Notes: generated by a model from the sequence alone, not told the origin. A stretch of DNA of 32,000 nt from Dehalogenimonas formicexedens (GCF_001953175.1 NZ_CP018258.1:368210-400209), one strand, 5' to 3'; counted from the first letter of the stretch, positions 1 to 9,370 are shown. Made by a program: numbers and translations.

Positions 1-2792
1 TGGCCACCGATCCCAACGGTCACATGATCCCTGATTACTTCGGAACGCCCAACTGGGCGTACAGCCCGCCTTTGACCAAATTCATCGATAAGTTGGCAGG
101 TTTGACATCAGGGGCTGCCAATGCACTCGGACAATATATACCCCTAGCCGTCGCTGACAAGACGACATACGCAGGGTCCGACTATTATGAAATTGCCGTC
201 GTCGAATTTGAGGAAAAGCTTCACACCGAATTACCGCCAACAAGGCATCGTGGATACGTTCAGTTATCGACGACAAACGTGCCTGGTCTCCAATTTCCTT
301 TAGTTAACCCGGATGGCACCCCGGTATTGATGCCAGATGGAGTGACTCAGGCCAAGGGTGTAGATAAACCCCATTTCCTGGGGCCTGCAATCCTCGCTTC
401 GGGCGCACCCAAACCCGGAGATCCGGGTACACCTGTACGAATCAAATTTTACAACCTGTTACCCACAGGTCCCAAGGGCAACCTGTTCGTCCCCGTTGAC
501 CGCGAAATCATGGGCTCCGGAATGTTCGAAATTGACGACCCCCATAATCCTGGTTTCACTATCATGGGTAATTTCACGGACAACCGCGCCGTCGTTCACA
601 ACCATGGCAACAATTCTGTCTGGATTGGAGACGGCGGCCCTCACCAGTGGATTGCTCCTGCCGGAGAAAACCCGGACTATAATCGGGGCGTCGGGGCAAT
701 TCCTGTGCCTGACATGTGGTTCGACCCAATCACTCACGCTGCAGTCCCCGCCGGTACGGCTGGAGCCACTAACGACCCCGGTCCCGGCGTTTTTACTATT
801 TATTATTCAAATGCCCAAAGCGCGCGATTAATGTTCTATCACGACCATGCCTGGGGTATCACCCGCCTAAATGTTTACGTGGGCATGGCCGCGGCGTACG
901 TCATCACCGATCAGGTCGAACAGGACTTGATCAACGGCACCAACAACTCGGGAGTCAATCCCGGGCTGTTGAAAGTTCTGCCCGACATCGGAATCCCGCT
1001 GGTGATCCAGGACAGGACGTTCGTTGATCCGGCTACTATTGCAATGACGGACCCGACATGGCTCGATTCCACTCAGCTAACATATGGAACCACTCCGGGA
1101 ACAGCCAAGTTAGGTGACCTGTGGTATCCGCACACTTACATGCCCGCTGAGAATCCTTGGGACCCCAGTGGCGCTGCGGCGTATGGTCGGTGGATGTACG
1201 GGCCCTGGTTCTATCCCCCTACAACAGGCCTTAAGCAGGGGACCGTTCCGAATATCTATTATGATCCCGTAAATGCCCCATGGCAGCCTCCAGAGATGCC
1301 CGGTACGCCTTATCCTTCCACTCCAGGTGAGGCATTTATGGACACCCAGATGGTCAACGGTACTGTCTTCCCCTACTTGGAAGTCGAGCCCCGGCCTTAT
1401 CGCTTCCGCATTCTAAATGCGGGAGACGACCGGTCGTTGAACCTTTCATTGTTCGTTGCGACTGGGATTGTGGGAACCATATCGCTGACCGGAGGGGGTT
1501 CCGGGTATACCGCCGACCCGATCGTGACCATCGTACCCGGAGCGGGCGATACCACTGGACATGGAGCTCAGGCTATCGCCACTGCAGATGTCGACCCGAT
1601 GAGCCCGACTTTCGGGCAAATAATAGGAATAGCGATCACCGTCGTAGGTAGTCAATACACCGCAAATCCAGTTGTCACTATCGCTCCTCCGACCGGTGTC
1701 GGCGGGACAACGGCTACCGCTACTGCGACCTTTTTTCTGAACAACGCCTCCGGATTTCCTTCCGAAGTCGGTATGATTCCCGTGACTGGGACCAGTTGGC
1801 TGCCGCCTTTTGATGTCAGCGGTGTCGCCGATGTGGCAAACGCTGGACCTAGTTGGTGGCATATCGGCACGGAAGGCGGCTTCTCACCGGAACCAGCTGT
1901 AGTGCCACCACAACCCCTTACCTGGAACAATAACCCGACGATGTTCAATGCTGGAACCGTGCTGGATATCTCCCTAGCACTTGGTACTGCAGAACGGGCT
2001 GATGTCATCGTTGATTTCACGGCATTTGCCGGGAAAACAATAATTCTTTACAATGACGGACCTGCCGCCTGGCCGGCCCCGGATCCCCGGTATGACTACT
2101 ACACCAACTGCCAGGACCAGACCAGCACCGGCGGTTACGGGGTAGTGCCCCCCGGCAAAGGCCCCAACACCAGGACGATCATGCAGTTCAGGGTTGGAAA
2201 TACGGTTGCCGCTCCCAATCCCGATGTAACTCTTGCCAACTTAAAATCGGTGTGGGCGCAGACCGTGACCAACGGAGTCGTCACCAAGAAGGGCGTCTTC
2301 GCCACCTGCCAGGACCCGATCATCGTCCCTCAACCCTTCTACAACTCAGCCTACGGCAAAACCGGTCAAGGGACCGATACGTTCCCCACTGCGGCAGATC
2401 AGATGTTTATCCAGGTAAATAAGATCTCGCACACTTTCCAGCCGATCGATGCCGCTGGAAATCTTCAGCCCGCCGTTACTCTACCGTTGCAGCCGAAAGC
2501 AGCTCATGATGAAATGGGCGGCGTGTATGATAAATACGGGCGGATGAACGGCATGTTGGGTCTCGAACTGCCGGCGACTACTTCCCAGATCGCCCAATTC
2601 ATTCCTTATGGTTTCTCGTCGCCGCCGGTGGACCTGTATCATGGATCCCTGCGAAGCCAACTGATTGGATCTCTCGGGGACGGCACTCAGATCTGGAACA
2701 TCAGCCAGAACGGCGTCGACACCCATACCATACATTTCCATCTGTTTAATGCTCAACTCATCAACAGGGTGGGATGGGATGGCATGGCATGA
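1..2792 (+). CDS. Multicopper oxidase (laccase/CotA/bilirubin-oxidase superfamily), N-terminal fragment. The 5' end runs off the window and the 3' end is cut by a frameshift.
   Basis: The frame is open from the window edge. Copper-ligand motifs are present in order: HNHG (VVHNHGNN), YHDH (MFYHDHAWG) and HxxHxH (HTIHFHLF). There are internal tandem modules GSGYTADPIVTIVPG and GSQYTANPVVTIAPP. The frame ends at TGA 2790-2792, just after motif 3. Confidence 0.7.
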   Translation, partial: ATDPNGHMIPDYFGTPNWAYSPPLTKFIDKLAGLTSGAANALGQYIPLAVADKTTYAGSDYYEIAVVEFEEKLHTELPPTRHRGYVQLSTTNVPGLQFPLVNPDGTPVLMPDGVTQAKGVDKPHFLGPAILASGAPKPGDPGTPVRIKFYNLLPTGPKGNLFVPVDREIMGSGMFEIDDPHNPGFTIMGNFTDNRAVVHNHGNNSVWIGDGGPHQWIAPAGENPDYNRGVGAIPVPDMWFDPITHAAVPAGTAGATNDPGPGVFTIYYSNAQSARLMFYHDHAWGITRLNVYVGMAAAYVITDQVEQDLINGTNNSGVNPGLLKVLPDIGIPLVIQDRTFVDPATIAMTDPTWLDSTQLTYGTTPGTAKLGDLWYPHTYMPAENPWDPSGAAAYGRWMYGPWFYPPTTGLKQGTVPNIYYDPVNAPWQPPEMPGTPYPSTPGEAFMDTQMVNGTVFPYLEVEPRPYRFRILNAGDDRSLNLSLFVATGIVGTISLTGGGSGYTADPIVTIVPGAGDTTGHGAQAIATADVDPMSPTFGQIIGIAITVVGSQYTANPVVTIAPPTGVGGTTATATATFFLNNASGFPSEVGMIPVTGTSWLPPFDVSGVADVANAGPSWWHIGTEGGFSPEPAVVPPQPLTWNNNPTMFNAGTVLDISLALGTAERADVIVDFTAFAGKTIILYNDGPAAWPAPDPRYDYYTNCQDQTSTGGYGVVPPGKGPNTRTIMQFRVGNTVAAPNPDVTLANLKSVWAQTVTNGVVTKKGVFATCQDPIIVPQPFYNSAYGKTGQGTDTFPTAADQMFIQVNKISHTFQPIDAAGNLQPAVTLPLQPKAAHDEMGGVYDKYGRMNGMLGLELPATTSQIAQFIPYGFSSPPVDLYHGSLRSQLIGSLGDGTQIWNISQNGVDTHTIHFHLFNAQLINRVGWDGMA

Positions 2793-3748
2793 TGCCCATG
2801 ACTCCTGTACATCCGATTGAATATGGTTGGAAGGAAACATTCAGGGTTAATCCGCTCGAACAGATCTTTATCGCTTTGAGGCCAATCAAACACACCACCG
2901 CAGAGGTTCCGTTCCTTGACCAGATACCCAACAGTGTCCGCCTCATCGATCCTTCGATGCCTGAGGGAGTACCGCTCGAATCCCCGCCGCCGGCCGGCTG
3001 GTTCGATCCTAACGGCGTAGCCATAACCAGTATTCCGAACCATGTCGTGAACTTCGGTTGGGAGTACATGTACCACTGTCACATCCTGGCACACGAAGAG
3101 AACGACATGATGCATGCCATGGCTTACGTTGTGCCACCGAGCACTCCGACGGGTTTGACGATAGCTCAAAAAGGCAGTTCGTTAATTATTTCCTGGACGG
3201 ATGTCGGCGCCAGGACCAGCGGGTTCACTCTGCAACGCGCTGACGATACGGGTTTTACCACAGGTTTAGTTTCGTGGGACATTGTCGGGAAAACAAACAC
3301 GAGTTTTGTCGACAACACTGCCAGGAGGAATAGAACGTATTTTTACCGTGTCTGTGCCAATAACGCTGTCGGTGATGTCGACACCCCAGGCTTCCCGGTC
3401 ATAACCCAGTCTTCGCCTTTCATCACAGCCCAATATGGTGGTGGAGGCGCTTTCGCGGCTCCCAGCACATTCACGATAGTGACTCCGGCAGTCGCATCGG
3501 GCAGGAATTTCCGAGTTACGTTGAACTGGACGGCCAATACCGCTAATGTTACCAGTTTTACTATTCAACGAGCTACAAATGCGGGATTCACTACAGGACT
3601 CCAGACCACTAACAATATCCCGGCCTCAAGCACTACATTCTCCCAGCTTGTCCCTGCCGGCACCTACTTCTATCAAATTCGCGCAGTTAATGGCAATCAG
3701 AACTCTGCATGGGTTCAATCAACCCCGGCCAGCATTACCGCTCCATAG
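2774..3748 (+). CDS. Multicopper oxidase C-terminal fragment (fourth copper motif) followed by two Fn3-like modules. It continues the upstream ORF in another frame.
   Basis: GWKETF and YHCHILAHEENDMM (HCHxxxHxxxxM, codons from 3074) are typical of the last cupredoxin domain. Two ~95-aa modules share (S/N)WT...(S/T)FT(L/I)QRAxxxGFTTGL...YFY(R/Q)(V/I) from about 3134 to 3745. Confidence 0.65.
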   Translation: MGWHGMMPMTPVHPIEYGWKETFRVNPLEQIFIALRPIKHTTAEVPFLDQIPNSVRLIDPSMPEGVPLESPPPAGWFDPNGVAITSIPNHVVNFGWEYMYHCHILAHEENDMMHAMAYVVPPSTPTGLTIAQKGSSLIISWTDVGARTSGFTLQRADDTGFTTGLVSWDIVGKTNTSFVDNTARRNRTYFYRVCANNAVGDVDTPGFPVITQSSPFITAQYGGGGAFAAPSTFTIVTPAVASGRNFRVTLNWTANTANVTSFTIQRATNAGFTTGLQTTNNIPASSTTFSQLVPAGTYFYQIRAVNGNQNSAWVQSTPASITAP

Positions 3749-3797
3749 ATGAGGGTATAGGAAATGAAAAATACAAAAGATTTGGGGGAAAAATAAA

Positions 3798-6700
3798 ATG
3801 AGCCATACATCTTCGATGAAGAGAACCTTCAATCTATGGGCGATACCCGCTGCGATACTTTTGGCAGCTACGGCGATATTTGCGTTGGCTTTTCCGGCCA
3901 ATGCCCAGGCGGTGGGCACATACACCATCGCCGGAACAGGCGTTAATGCCAACATCGACTCGGCTGTTGACGCCACCGGGGTAACCCACGTTGTTTATGA
4001 GCGCGGAGGGAGCATCTACTACAATCCGGGCACAACCTCCGCGACAGAAGAAGTGGTTGATACTCCACCTGCAACTGTGACAGATAGCCATCCGGCGATT
4101 GCCATCGGACCTGATGGACTGCCCCAGGTGGTCTTTGCCGCAACTGATGGCCAATACTATACCAAGCGCAGCGCCCCGGCCGGCACCGCCGGTACCTGGT
4201 CTGCGCTCGTCTTGATCGGAGGCCCTCCGATGGCCGGCTATCCCGATATCGCGGTTAATAGCGCCAACGCTCCGACCGTAGTTTTTGCAGACGCAGATCC
4301 AGTTACTACATTAGCCGACGTTTCGATCGCGACCGGACCCAATCAAGGGACCGGAACCTTCGATGTTACCACGTTAATATGGAGCGGTTTTTCCGACGCT
4401 ACCGGTGGATCTTTGTTTTCGAACCCGCACATCGCGGTTGATTCGGCTGGAGCTTATCACGTTATCGCCAATCATGAGTCAGTTACTGCCGCCGGTGTCC
4501 ATAGTTTCAGCGTCATTTACGACACTAACGCCGGCGCAGCGGGTAACAGCCTTGAATCCCTCGCAAGAGCCAGCGCGGCTAACCTGAGCCAGAATCCCAT
4601 CACCGCCGCTCCGACTCTTGGAGTCATGGTTGGATACGACCAGGCTGGCAGCGCCTATACTGCCACGCTCGGAGCTACCTGGTCGGAGGCAGTTTTGGGT
4701 GCCTTCACCCAGGTAAGTATGACCTCTGACGCTAACATGGTGGCAGTGGTTTATGTTAATGGTACCAGCGTTACATACGCTTTAAGCGGAGGAGGTGGTG
4801 TATTCAGTACCGGCACCCTGGTGGCAGCCGGTTCAAACCCATCGGCGACTTTGATGCCGACAGGTACAACTCCAAATCTTTCCGTCTATTACCTGGTGGC
4901 TGCCGGTGCCAATACTAGTGTCATGTTGAACGTAGTGGCCTATCCCACTGTTCCTCCGATGGTCACGACCCAACCGGTCAGCCAATCTATTGTCTATGGA
5001 GCAAATGCTATATTCACCGCCGCGGCTAACGGTTTGCCGGCTCCGACGGTCCAATGGCAGATGAGCATGGACAACGGTGTCACCTGGATGAATATCATGG
5101 GCGCTACAACGCCTACTCTCACCTTGACCAAGCCTTCAGTGACCAATGCCATGATGCCGATGCAGGTGAGAGCAGCATTCTCTAACGGCACTACCGTCAA
5201 CTCTGCGGTCGCCACCCTGACAGTCACCGCCAGGCCGATCACTGTAACCGCCGCGGCTGCGACAAAGGTCTATGGAGCCGCCGATCCGGCTCTCACCTAC
5301 ACCATCACCGTCGGTTCTTTAGCAGCAGGTGATACATTATCGGGCTCACTGGCTCGCGCTGCCGGCGAAAATGTCGGAACTTACCCGATCAACAGGGGCA
5401 CGCTTGCTAATACGAACTATGCGATAACCTACTTCGGGGCAAGTTTCACGATCACCGGCGCACCTATCACCGTTACCGCTGACGCCAAGGCTAAATTCTA
5501 TGGTGACGTGGATCCTGCTTTGACATATCAGATTACGGCAGGAGCCCTTGTTGGCACTGACACTTTAACAGGGGCTTTAACACGAGCGGCTGGTGAGACA
5601 GTTGGAGTCTACGCGATTTCGCAAGGAACACTAGCAAATACCAACTATACGATAACCTTTGTGGGTGCGAATTTCACGGTCAACAAAGCGACTCCAGTCA
5701 TCACCTGGGCTTCTCCAGGAAGTGTTCTCCTGGGCACGGTGTTGAGTGCTTCGCAGTTGAATGCAACTGCAACCTCCCCCTATGCCCCGTTTGCGGCGAT
5801 TCCCGGTACGTTTAACTATAATCCTTCGGCAGGGACCGCTCTGAACGTTGGAGGAAGTCAGTTCCTAAGCTTGGTTTTCTTGCCAACAGATACAACGAAT
5901 TACGTGTCACCTGTTAATGCTACTGTTACCATCAACGTTACTAACAATAAAATCACTCCTGTTATAGTATGGGCTAATCCGGCCGACATCGCCTATGGTA
6001 CTCAGTTGGGATCTGGACAACTTAACGCAACTGCGAACGAACCCCCGGTTCCGCCCTCTGTTAACCCAGGCGCTCCCGTTGCTGGAACATTCACTTACGT
6101 TCCAGCTTTGGGTACGGTTTTGGGCGTCGGGCAGAGTCAAACATTGCAGGTGACCTTTACTCCCACCGACACTGCAACCTATAACGGAGCTGTAGGCACC
6201 GTAACAATCAACGTCACCAAAGCCACCCTCACCCCAACCGTGATAGCTCCTAACAAGGTCTATGATGGTACTAACTCTTCCACCTTCACTAACGGCACAC
6301 CGACCGGTGTTGTCGGCACGGACGTAGTCACTATCAGCGGTGGTACTGCTACTTTCGCCGACGCCAACGTAGGAACGGGTAAAACAGTCACCGTCACCGG
6401 TCTTGTCCTGGGAGGCGCGAATGCCGGCAACTACCAGCTTTCTGCTGCCCCGGTTACCGCCACCGCCAACATTACCGCCAAACCCCTGAACGTAACCGGT
6501 ATCACGGCGGCCAACAAGGTTTATGACCGCACTACCGCAGCAACAGTCAGCGGTACGGCCGCGCTCCTTGCCGCCGAGGCTACCGGAACCGGCACAGCCA
6601 CCGACGGCAAGCCGTATACGGGCGATACTGTCTCAGTCAGCGGAACCGCGGCTGGAGCTTTTGCTACGGCAACCGCTGGAACAGCCAAGGTTGTGAATAT

Positions 6701-7784
6701 CACCGGCTTGACCCTTGGCGGAACCAGCGCCGGCAACTACAGCCTGACCGCGGCAACGACGACCGCCAACATCACTCAGAAAACGCTGACAATTACCGGT
6801 GCATTCACCGCCAACAACAAGACCTACGATGGTTCTGCATCGGCGACCATTGGCACCAATACCTTGAACCTGACCGGCATCATAAACCCGGATGTGGTGA
6901 CCCTGAACGCAGTCGCTGCTTTCGCTGATGCCACTGTCGGGACGGGAAAGGTTGTGTCCCTGACCGGATCGACTCTTACCGGCGCTGATGCTGCCAACTA
7001 CTCGATCCTGTTCGACGGCGCCACTCCCACGGCGACCGCGGATATCGCTGCGGCTCCCGCCGGCGGTGGCGGTGGTGGCGGTGGCGGCGGTTTCGGCTCC
7101 CAGCTCATCGGCATCAACCTGGCCGGAACCTCGCCCTTCATGGACGGCAACGGCAAGTCCCTGACCGCCGGGGCCATAAGCACCACCGATGGCAAACTGA
7201 CTCTCAATATCCCCGTCGGCGTCTTCATCTGGAACGCCGCCGGCGCCGCCCAACCCTTCCTATCGGCGCAGACCCCGGCTTCTGTTCCGGGCGCGCCTGC
7301 TCAGGGCAAGATCGTCTCTTCCTTTGAAATGGGCACTACCGGCGTGACTTTCAATCCCGGCATCAACATGGTGTTCAAGTACACCGTTGCGGACATCGCA
7401 GGACTCACAGAGAGCGGTTTGTACATCGCCTGGTGGGATGGCACTGCCTGGGTGAAACTGACCAGCACCGTCGACACGGCTGCCAAGACGGTGACCGCGA
7501 CCATCACCCACTTCACCACCTTTGCCCTGATCGGTCTGCAGGCGCCTCCGACCACGACCCCGCCGCCTACGACCGTGCCGCCGACGACTAATCCGCCGAC
7601 CACTAACCCTCCGACGACCAATCCGCCGACGACGACATTGCCGACGACCTCCCAGACGACCAATCCGCCGACAACTCAACCTGGTGGCGGAACCAACTGG
7701 CTGCTCATCGGCCTGGTTGTCGCCGCTGCCCTGATCCTCGCCATAGTCCTCTTCGTAGGCAGCAGGTCGAAGAAAACACCGTAA
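3798..7784 (+). CDS. Large secreted, C-terminally membrane-anchored, repeat-rich surface or adhesin-like protein (1328 aa)
   Basis: N-terminal signal peptide (…AIFALAFPANAQA/VGT). Propeller-like PxIAV/IAI repeats. An Ig-like segment. Two MBG-type repeats (KVYGxxDPALTY…NYxITxxxxxFTI). Two NAT…GTF(N/T)Y…TPTDTxxY modules. Three YDG-type repeats (KVYDGT…AGNYxL). A Gly10 run and a Pro/Thr linker. A C-terminal hydrophobic helix (WLLIGLVVAAALILAIVLFVG) with a basic tail SRSKKTP. Confidence 0.8.
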   Translation: MSHTSSMKRTFNLWAIPAAILLAATAIFALAFPANAQAVGTYTIAGTGVNANIDSAVDATGVTHVVYERGGSIYYNPGTTSATEEVVDTPPATVTDSHPAIAIGPDGLPQVVFAATDGQYYTKRSAPAGTAGTWSALVLIGGPPMAGYPDIAVNSANAPTVVFADADPVTTLADVSIATGPNQGTGTFDVTTLIWSGFSDATGGSLFSNPHIAVDSAGAYHVIANHESVTAAGVHSFSVIYDTNAGAAGNSLESLARASAANLSQNPITAAPTLGVMVGYDQAGSAYTATLGATWSEAVLGAFTQVSMTSDANMVAVVYVNGTSVTYALSGGGGVFSTGTLVAAGSNPSATLMPTGTTPNLSVYYLVAAGANTSVMLNVVAYPTVPPMVTTQPVSQSIVYGANAIFTAAANGLPAPTVQWQMSMDNGVTWMNIMGATTPTLTLTKPSVTNAMMPMQVRAAFSNGTTVNSAVATLTVTARPITVTAAAATKVYGAADPALTYTITVGSLAAGDTLSGSLARAAGENVGTYPINRGTLANTNYAITYFGASFTITGAPITVTADAKAKFYGDVDPALTYQITAGALVGTDTLTGALTRAAGETVGVYAISQGTLANTNYTITFVGANFTVNKATPVITWASPGSVLLGTVLSASQLNATATSPYAPFAAIPGTFNYNPSAGTALNVGGSQFLSLVFLPTDTTNYVSPVNATVTINVTNNKITPVIVWANPADIAYGTQLGSGQLNATANEPPVPPSVNPGAPVAGTFTYVPALGTVLGVGQSQTLQVTFTPTDTATYNGAVGTVTINVTKATLTPTVIAPNKVYDGTNSSTFTNGTPTGVVGTDVVTISGGTATFADANVGTGKTVTVTGLVLGGANAGNYQLSAAPVTATANITAKPLNVTGITAANKVYDRTTAATVSGTAALLAAEATGTGTATDGKPYTGDTVSVSGTAAGAFATATAGTAKVVNITGLTLGGTSAGNYSLTAATTTANITQKTLTITGAFTANNKTYDGSASATIGTNTLNLTGIINPDVVTLNAVAAFADATVGTGKVVSLTGSTLTGADAANYSILFDGATPTATADIAAAPAGGGGGGGGGGFGSQLIGINLAGTSPFMDGNGKSLTAGAISTTDGKLTLNIPVGVFIWNAAGAAQPFLSAQTPASVPGAPAQGKIVSSFEMGTTGVTFNPGINMVFKYTVADIAGLTESGLYIAWWDGTAWVKLTSTVDTAAKTVTATITHFTTFALIGLQAPPTTTPPPTTVPPTTNPPTTNPPTTNPPTTTLPTTSQTTNPPTTQPGGGTNWLLIGLVVAAALILAIVLFVGSRSKKTP
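5232..5690 (+). repeat. Two tandem 76-aa (228-nt period) MBG-type coding repeats inside the surface protein gene
   Basis: RPITVTAAAATKVYGAADPALTYTIT… aligns with APITVTADAKAKFYGDVDPALTYQIT…. The Pro codons of the two PITVT motifs lie at 5235 and 5463. Confidence 0.7.
6219..7040 (+). repeat. Three tandem YDG-type coding repeats inside the surface protein gene (boundaries approximate)
   Basis: A recurring pattern: KVYDGT / KVYDRT / KTYDGS … FADA(N/T)VGTGK(T/V)V…(L/T)G…AGNY(Q/S)L … ANIT. Confidence 0.6.
7062..7091 (+). repeat. Imperfect GGY trinucleotide run encoding Gly10
   Basis: ggc ggt ggc ggt ggt ggc ggt ggc ggc ggt, in frame with the 3798 ORF. Confidence 0.9.
7578..7634 (+). repeat. Tandem 15-nt units encoding PPTTN x3 (plus a partial unit), within the Pro/Thr-rich linker at about 7542-7682
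   Basis: ccgccgacgactaat / ccgccgaccactaac / cctccgacgaccaat / ccgccgacgacgaca. Confidence 0.85.
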
Positions 7785-7805
7785 ATTCCCCATAGGATGA
7801 ACGAA

Positions 7806-7836
7806 GGACAGAGCGCGAAAGCGCTCTGTCCTTTTT
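7806..7836 (+). terminator. Rho-independent terminator after the surface protein gene
   Basis: Perfect 11-bp stem ggacagagcgc / gcgctctgtcc with a gaaa loop, followed by ttttt. Confidence 0.8.
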
Positions 7837-7909
7837 ATGTGCCGAGTACCAAAAATCCGCAAGGTTGTTTACAATATCCTAAGATAGCCTCGTTTAAAGG
7901 AGAATCGAC

Positions 7910-8554
7910 ATGCCCGCTCCCGTAATCGCCTTCGTCGGCAGGAGCAATTCCGGAAAAACCACTCTCCTGGAGAAGATAATCCCCGAGCTGAAGACCCGGG
8001 GCTATCGCGTCGCCACGGTGAAACACGTGCCCGGCCATCTGGTCGAGCCGGCTGATGAAAGAGACACCAACAGGCATCTGGCCGCCGGCAGCAGCACTTC
8101 CGTGATTAATTCTCCGGAGAAATTGATTTTCGTCAAAAAACAGTCGGCCGAAAGCAGCCTTTTCGATGTTGCCTGGTCGCTCAGCGATGACTTCGACATC
8201 ATCCTGGCCGAGGGTTTCAAGAATTCACCGGTTCCCAAGATCCTCGTCCATAGGCGGGAGGCGGGGGCGCCCCCGGAATCTCTGAGCCGCGTCGTGGCCG
8301 TCGTCAGCGACGAACCCGTTGCCCTCGACGTCAATCGGTTTGGTTTAGAAGATGTGTCTTTAATCGCCGATTTCCTTATCGATACGGTGATCAAGCCTTC
8401 AAGGTCGAGGGTTGACCTCAGAATTAACGGGGAACCCGTGGCTCTATCGAACTACCCGGCGGAAATCATCGCCGCGGTCATGGAAACGATGGCTAAAACC
8501 CTGAAGGGTGTGGGGGAGGTCAGGGACTTGGAGTTCCGGCTGAAGAAGCCGTAG
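7910..8554 (+). CDS. mobB: Molybdopterin-guanine dinucleotide biosynthesis adaptor MobB, with a C-terminal extension of about 70 aa
   Basis: P-loop N-terminus VIAFVGRSNSGKTTLLEKIIPELKTRGYRVATVKH. SD AAGGAG at 7897-7902, 7 nt before the ATG. Confidence 0.85.
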   Translation: MPAPVIAFVGRSNSGKTTLLEKIIPELKTRGYRVATVKHVPGHLVEPADERDTNRHLAAGSSTSVINSPEKLIFVKKQSAESSLFDVAWSLSDDFDIILAEGFKNSPVPKILVHRREAGAPPESLSRVVAVVSDEPVALDVNRFGLEDVSLIADFLIDTVIKPSRSRVDLRINGEPVALSNYPAEIIAAVMETMAKTLKGVGEVRDLEFRLKKP

Positions 8555-9353
8555 CGGCGGGGCTGGAAGGCGCGTCACCGCCCGTTATCCTCCCGGGGTG
8601 GGTGTAGACGTTCATCCGCTCGCCGCGGACGAACCCCACCAGGGTGATGTTCAACCGGTCGGCGAGTTCTATGGCCGAGCTGGTCGGCGCTGACCTCGAC
8701 ACCAATAGGCCTACATTCCGCCTGGCGACCTTGGAAACGATCTCCGAAGAAATACGCCCGGTGGTCAGCAGCATTTTTAACGAAAAATCGAAATTCTCCA
8801 GCAGCGCTTTGCCGAACAGCCGGTCGACGGCGTTATGGCGTCCCACATCCTCGGTGAAGAATTCAATGCTGTCCTGGCCGGCGATGGCCGCGGAATGTAC
8901 GCCCCCGGTTTCCCTGTAAAGTCCGTTATGGTGCTGAAAATCACGTACCAGCTGGTATATTTGGGCCGGCCCGACTTCCAGGGTTGACGTAACGGGTTTT
9001 AAAGAACTGACATCGGCCGCCGAATACAGCGCCGCCCCCCGCCCGCACCCCGAGGAGATAACTCTTTTATAGGTCAGCTCGACGTTGGCGTTGCCAACGG
9101 TATCGACCCGGACCACCGCGGTGTTTTCATTGACCAGGAGTTCCTTGATATCGGTCGCGTTTGTAATAAGATCTTCCGAAGCCAGGTAGCCTGCCGCCAG
9201 GTAATCGAACTCCCCGGGCGAACAGAGCAGGGTCACCAGCTCTTCGCCGTTCAGGATGATGGTCAATGCCCGTTCCCGCGCTACCTCATCCTCGATGATC
9301 GAGGGTTCGCCGGCGGTAAACCGGGTTATTTGGATTTGCTGGGTCTTTTCCAA
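8520..9353 (-). CDS. fdhD: Formate dehydrogenase accessory sulfurtransferase FdhD
   Basis: SSGCGRGA (catalytic Cys loop), GGVHSAA and EDVGRHNAVDRLFGKAL motifs. P/S/A-rich C-terminal tail. Confidence 0.9.
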   Translation of the reverse strand: MEKTQQIQITRFTAGEPSIIEDEVARERALTIILNGEELVTLLCSPGEFDYLAAGYLASEDLITNATDIKELLVNENTAVVRVDTVGNANVELTYKRVISSGCGRGAALYSAADVSSLKPVTSTLEVGPAQIYQLVRDFQHHNGLYRETGGVHSAAIAGQDSIEFFTEDVGRHNAVDRLFGKALLENFDFSLKMLLTTGRISSEIVSKVARRNVGLLVSRSAPTSSAIELADRLNITLVGFVRGERMNVYTHPGRITGGDAPSSPAATASSAGTPSP

Positions 9354-9370
9354 AACGAATCCTTTGAGCT

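Noticed and set aside
7650-7784. LPTTS as a sortase LPXTG signal in the surface protein tail
   Set aside because: The motif lacks the Gly and sits 17 residues before the hydrophobic helix. The host lineage is thought to lack peptidoglycan. I treat it only as a generic C-terminal anchor.
6633-7862. Minus-strand ORFs 6633-7253 (206 aa), 6998-7228, 7260-7862 (200 aa) and 7301-7663 opposite the surface protein gene
   Set aside because: Their Arg/Gly-rich or Val/Gly-rich repetitive translations mirror the Thr/Pro/Gly/Ala codon repeats of the plus-strand gene. There are no start-site signals.
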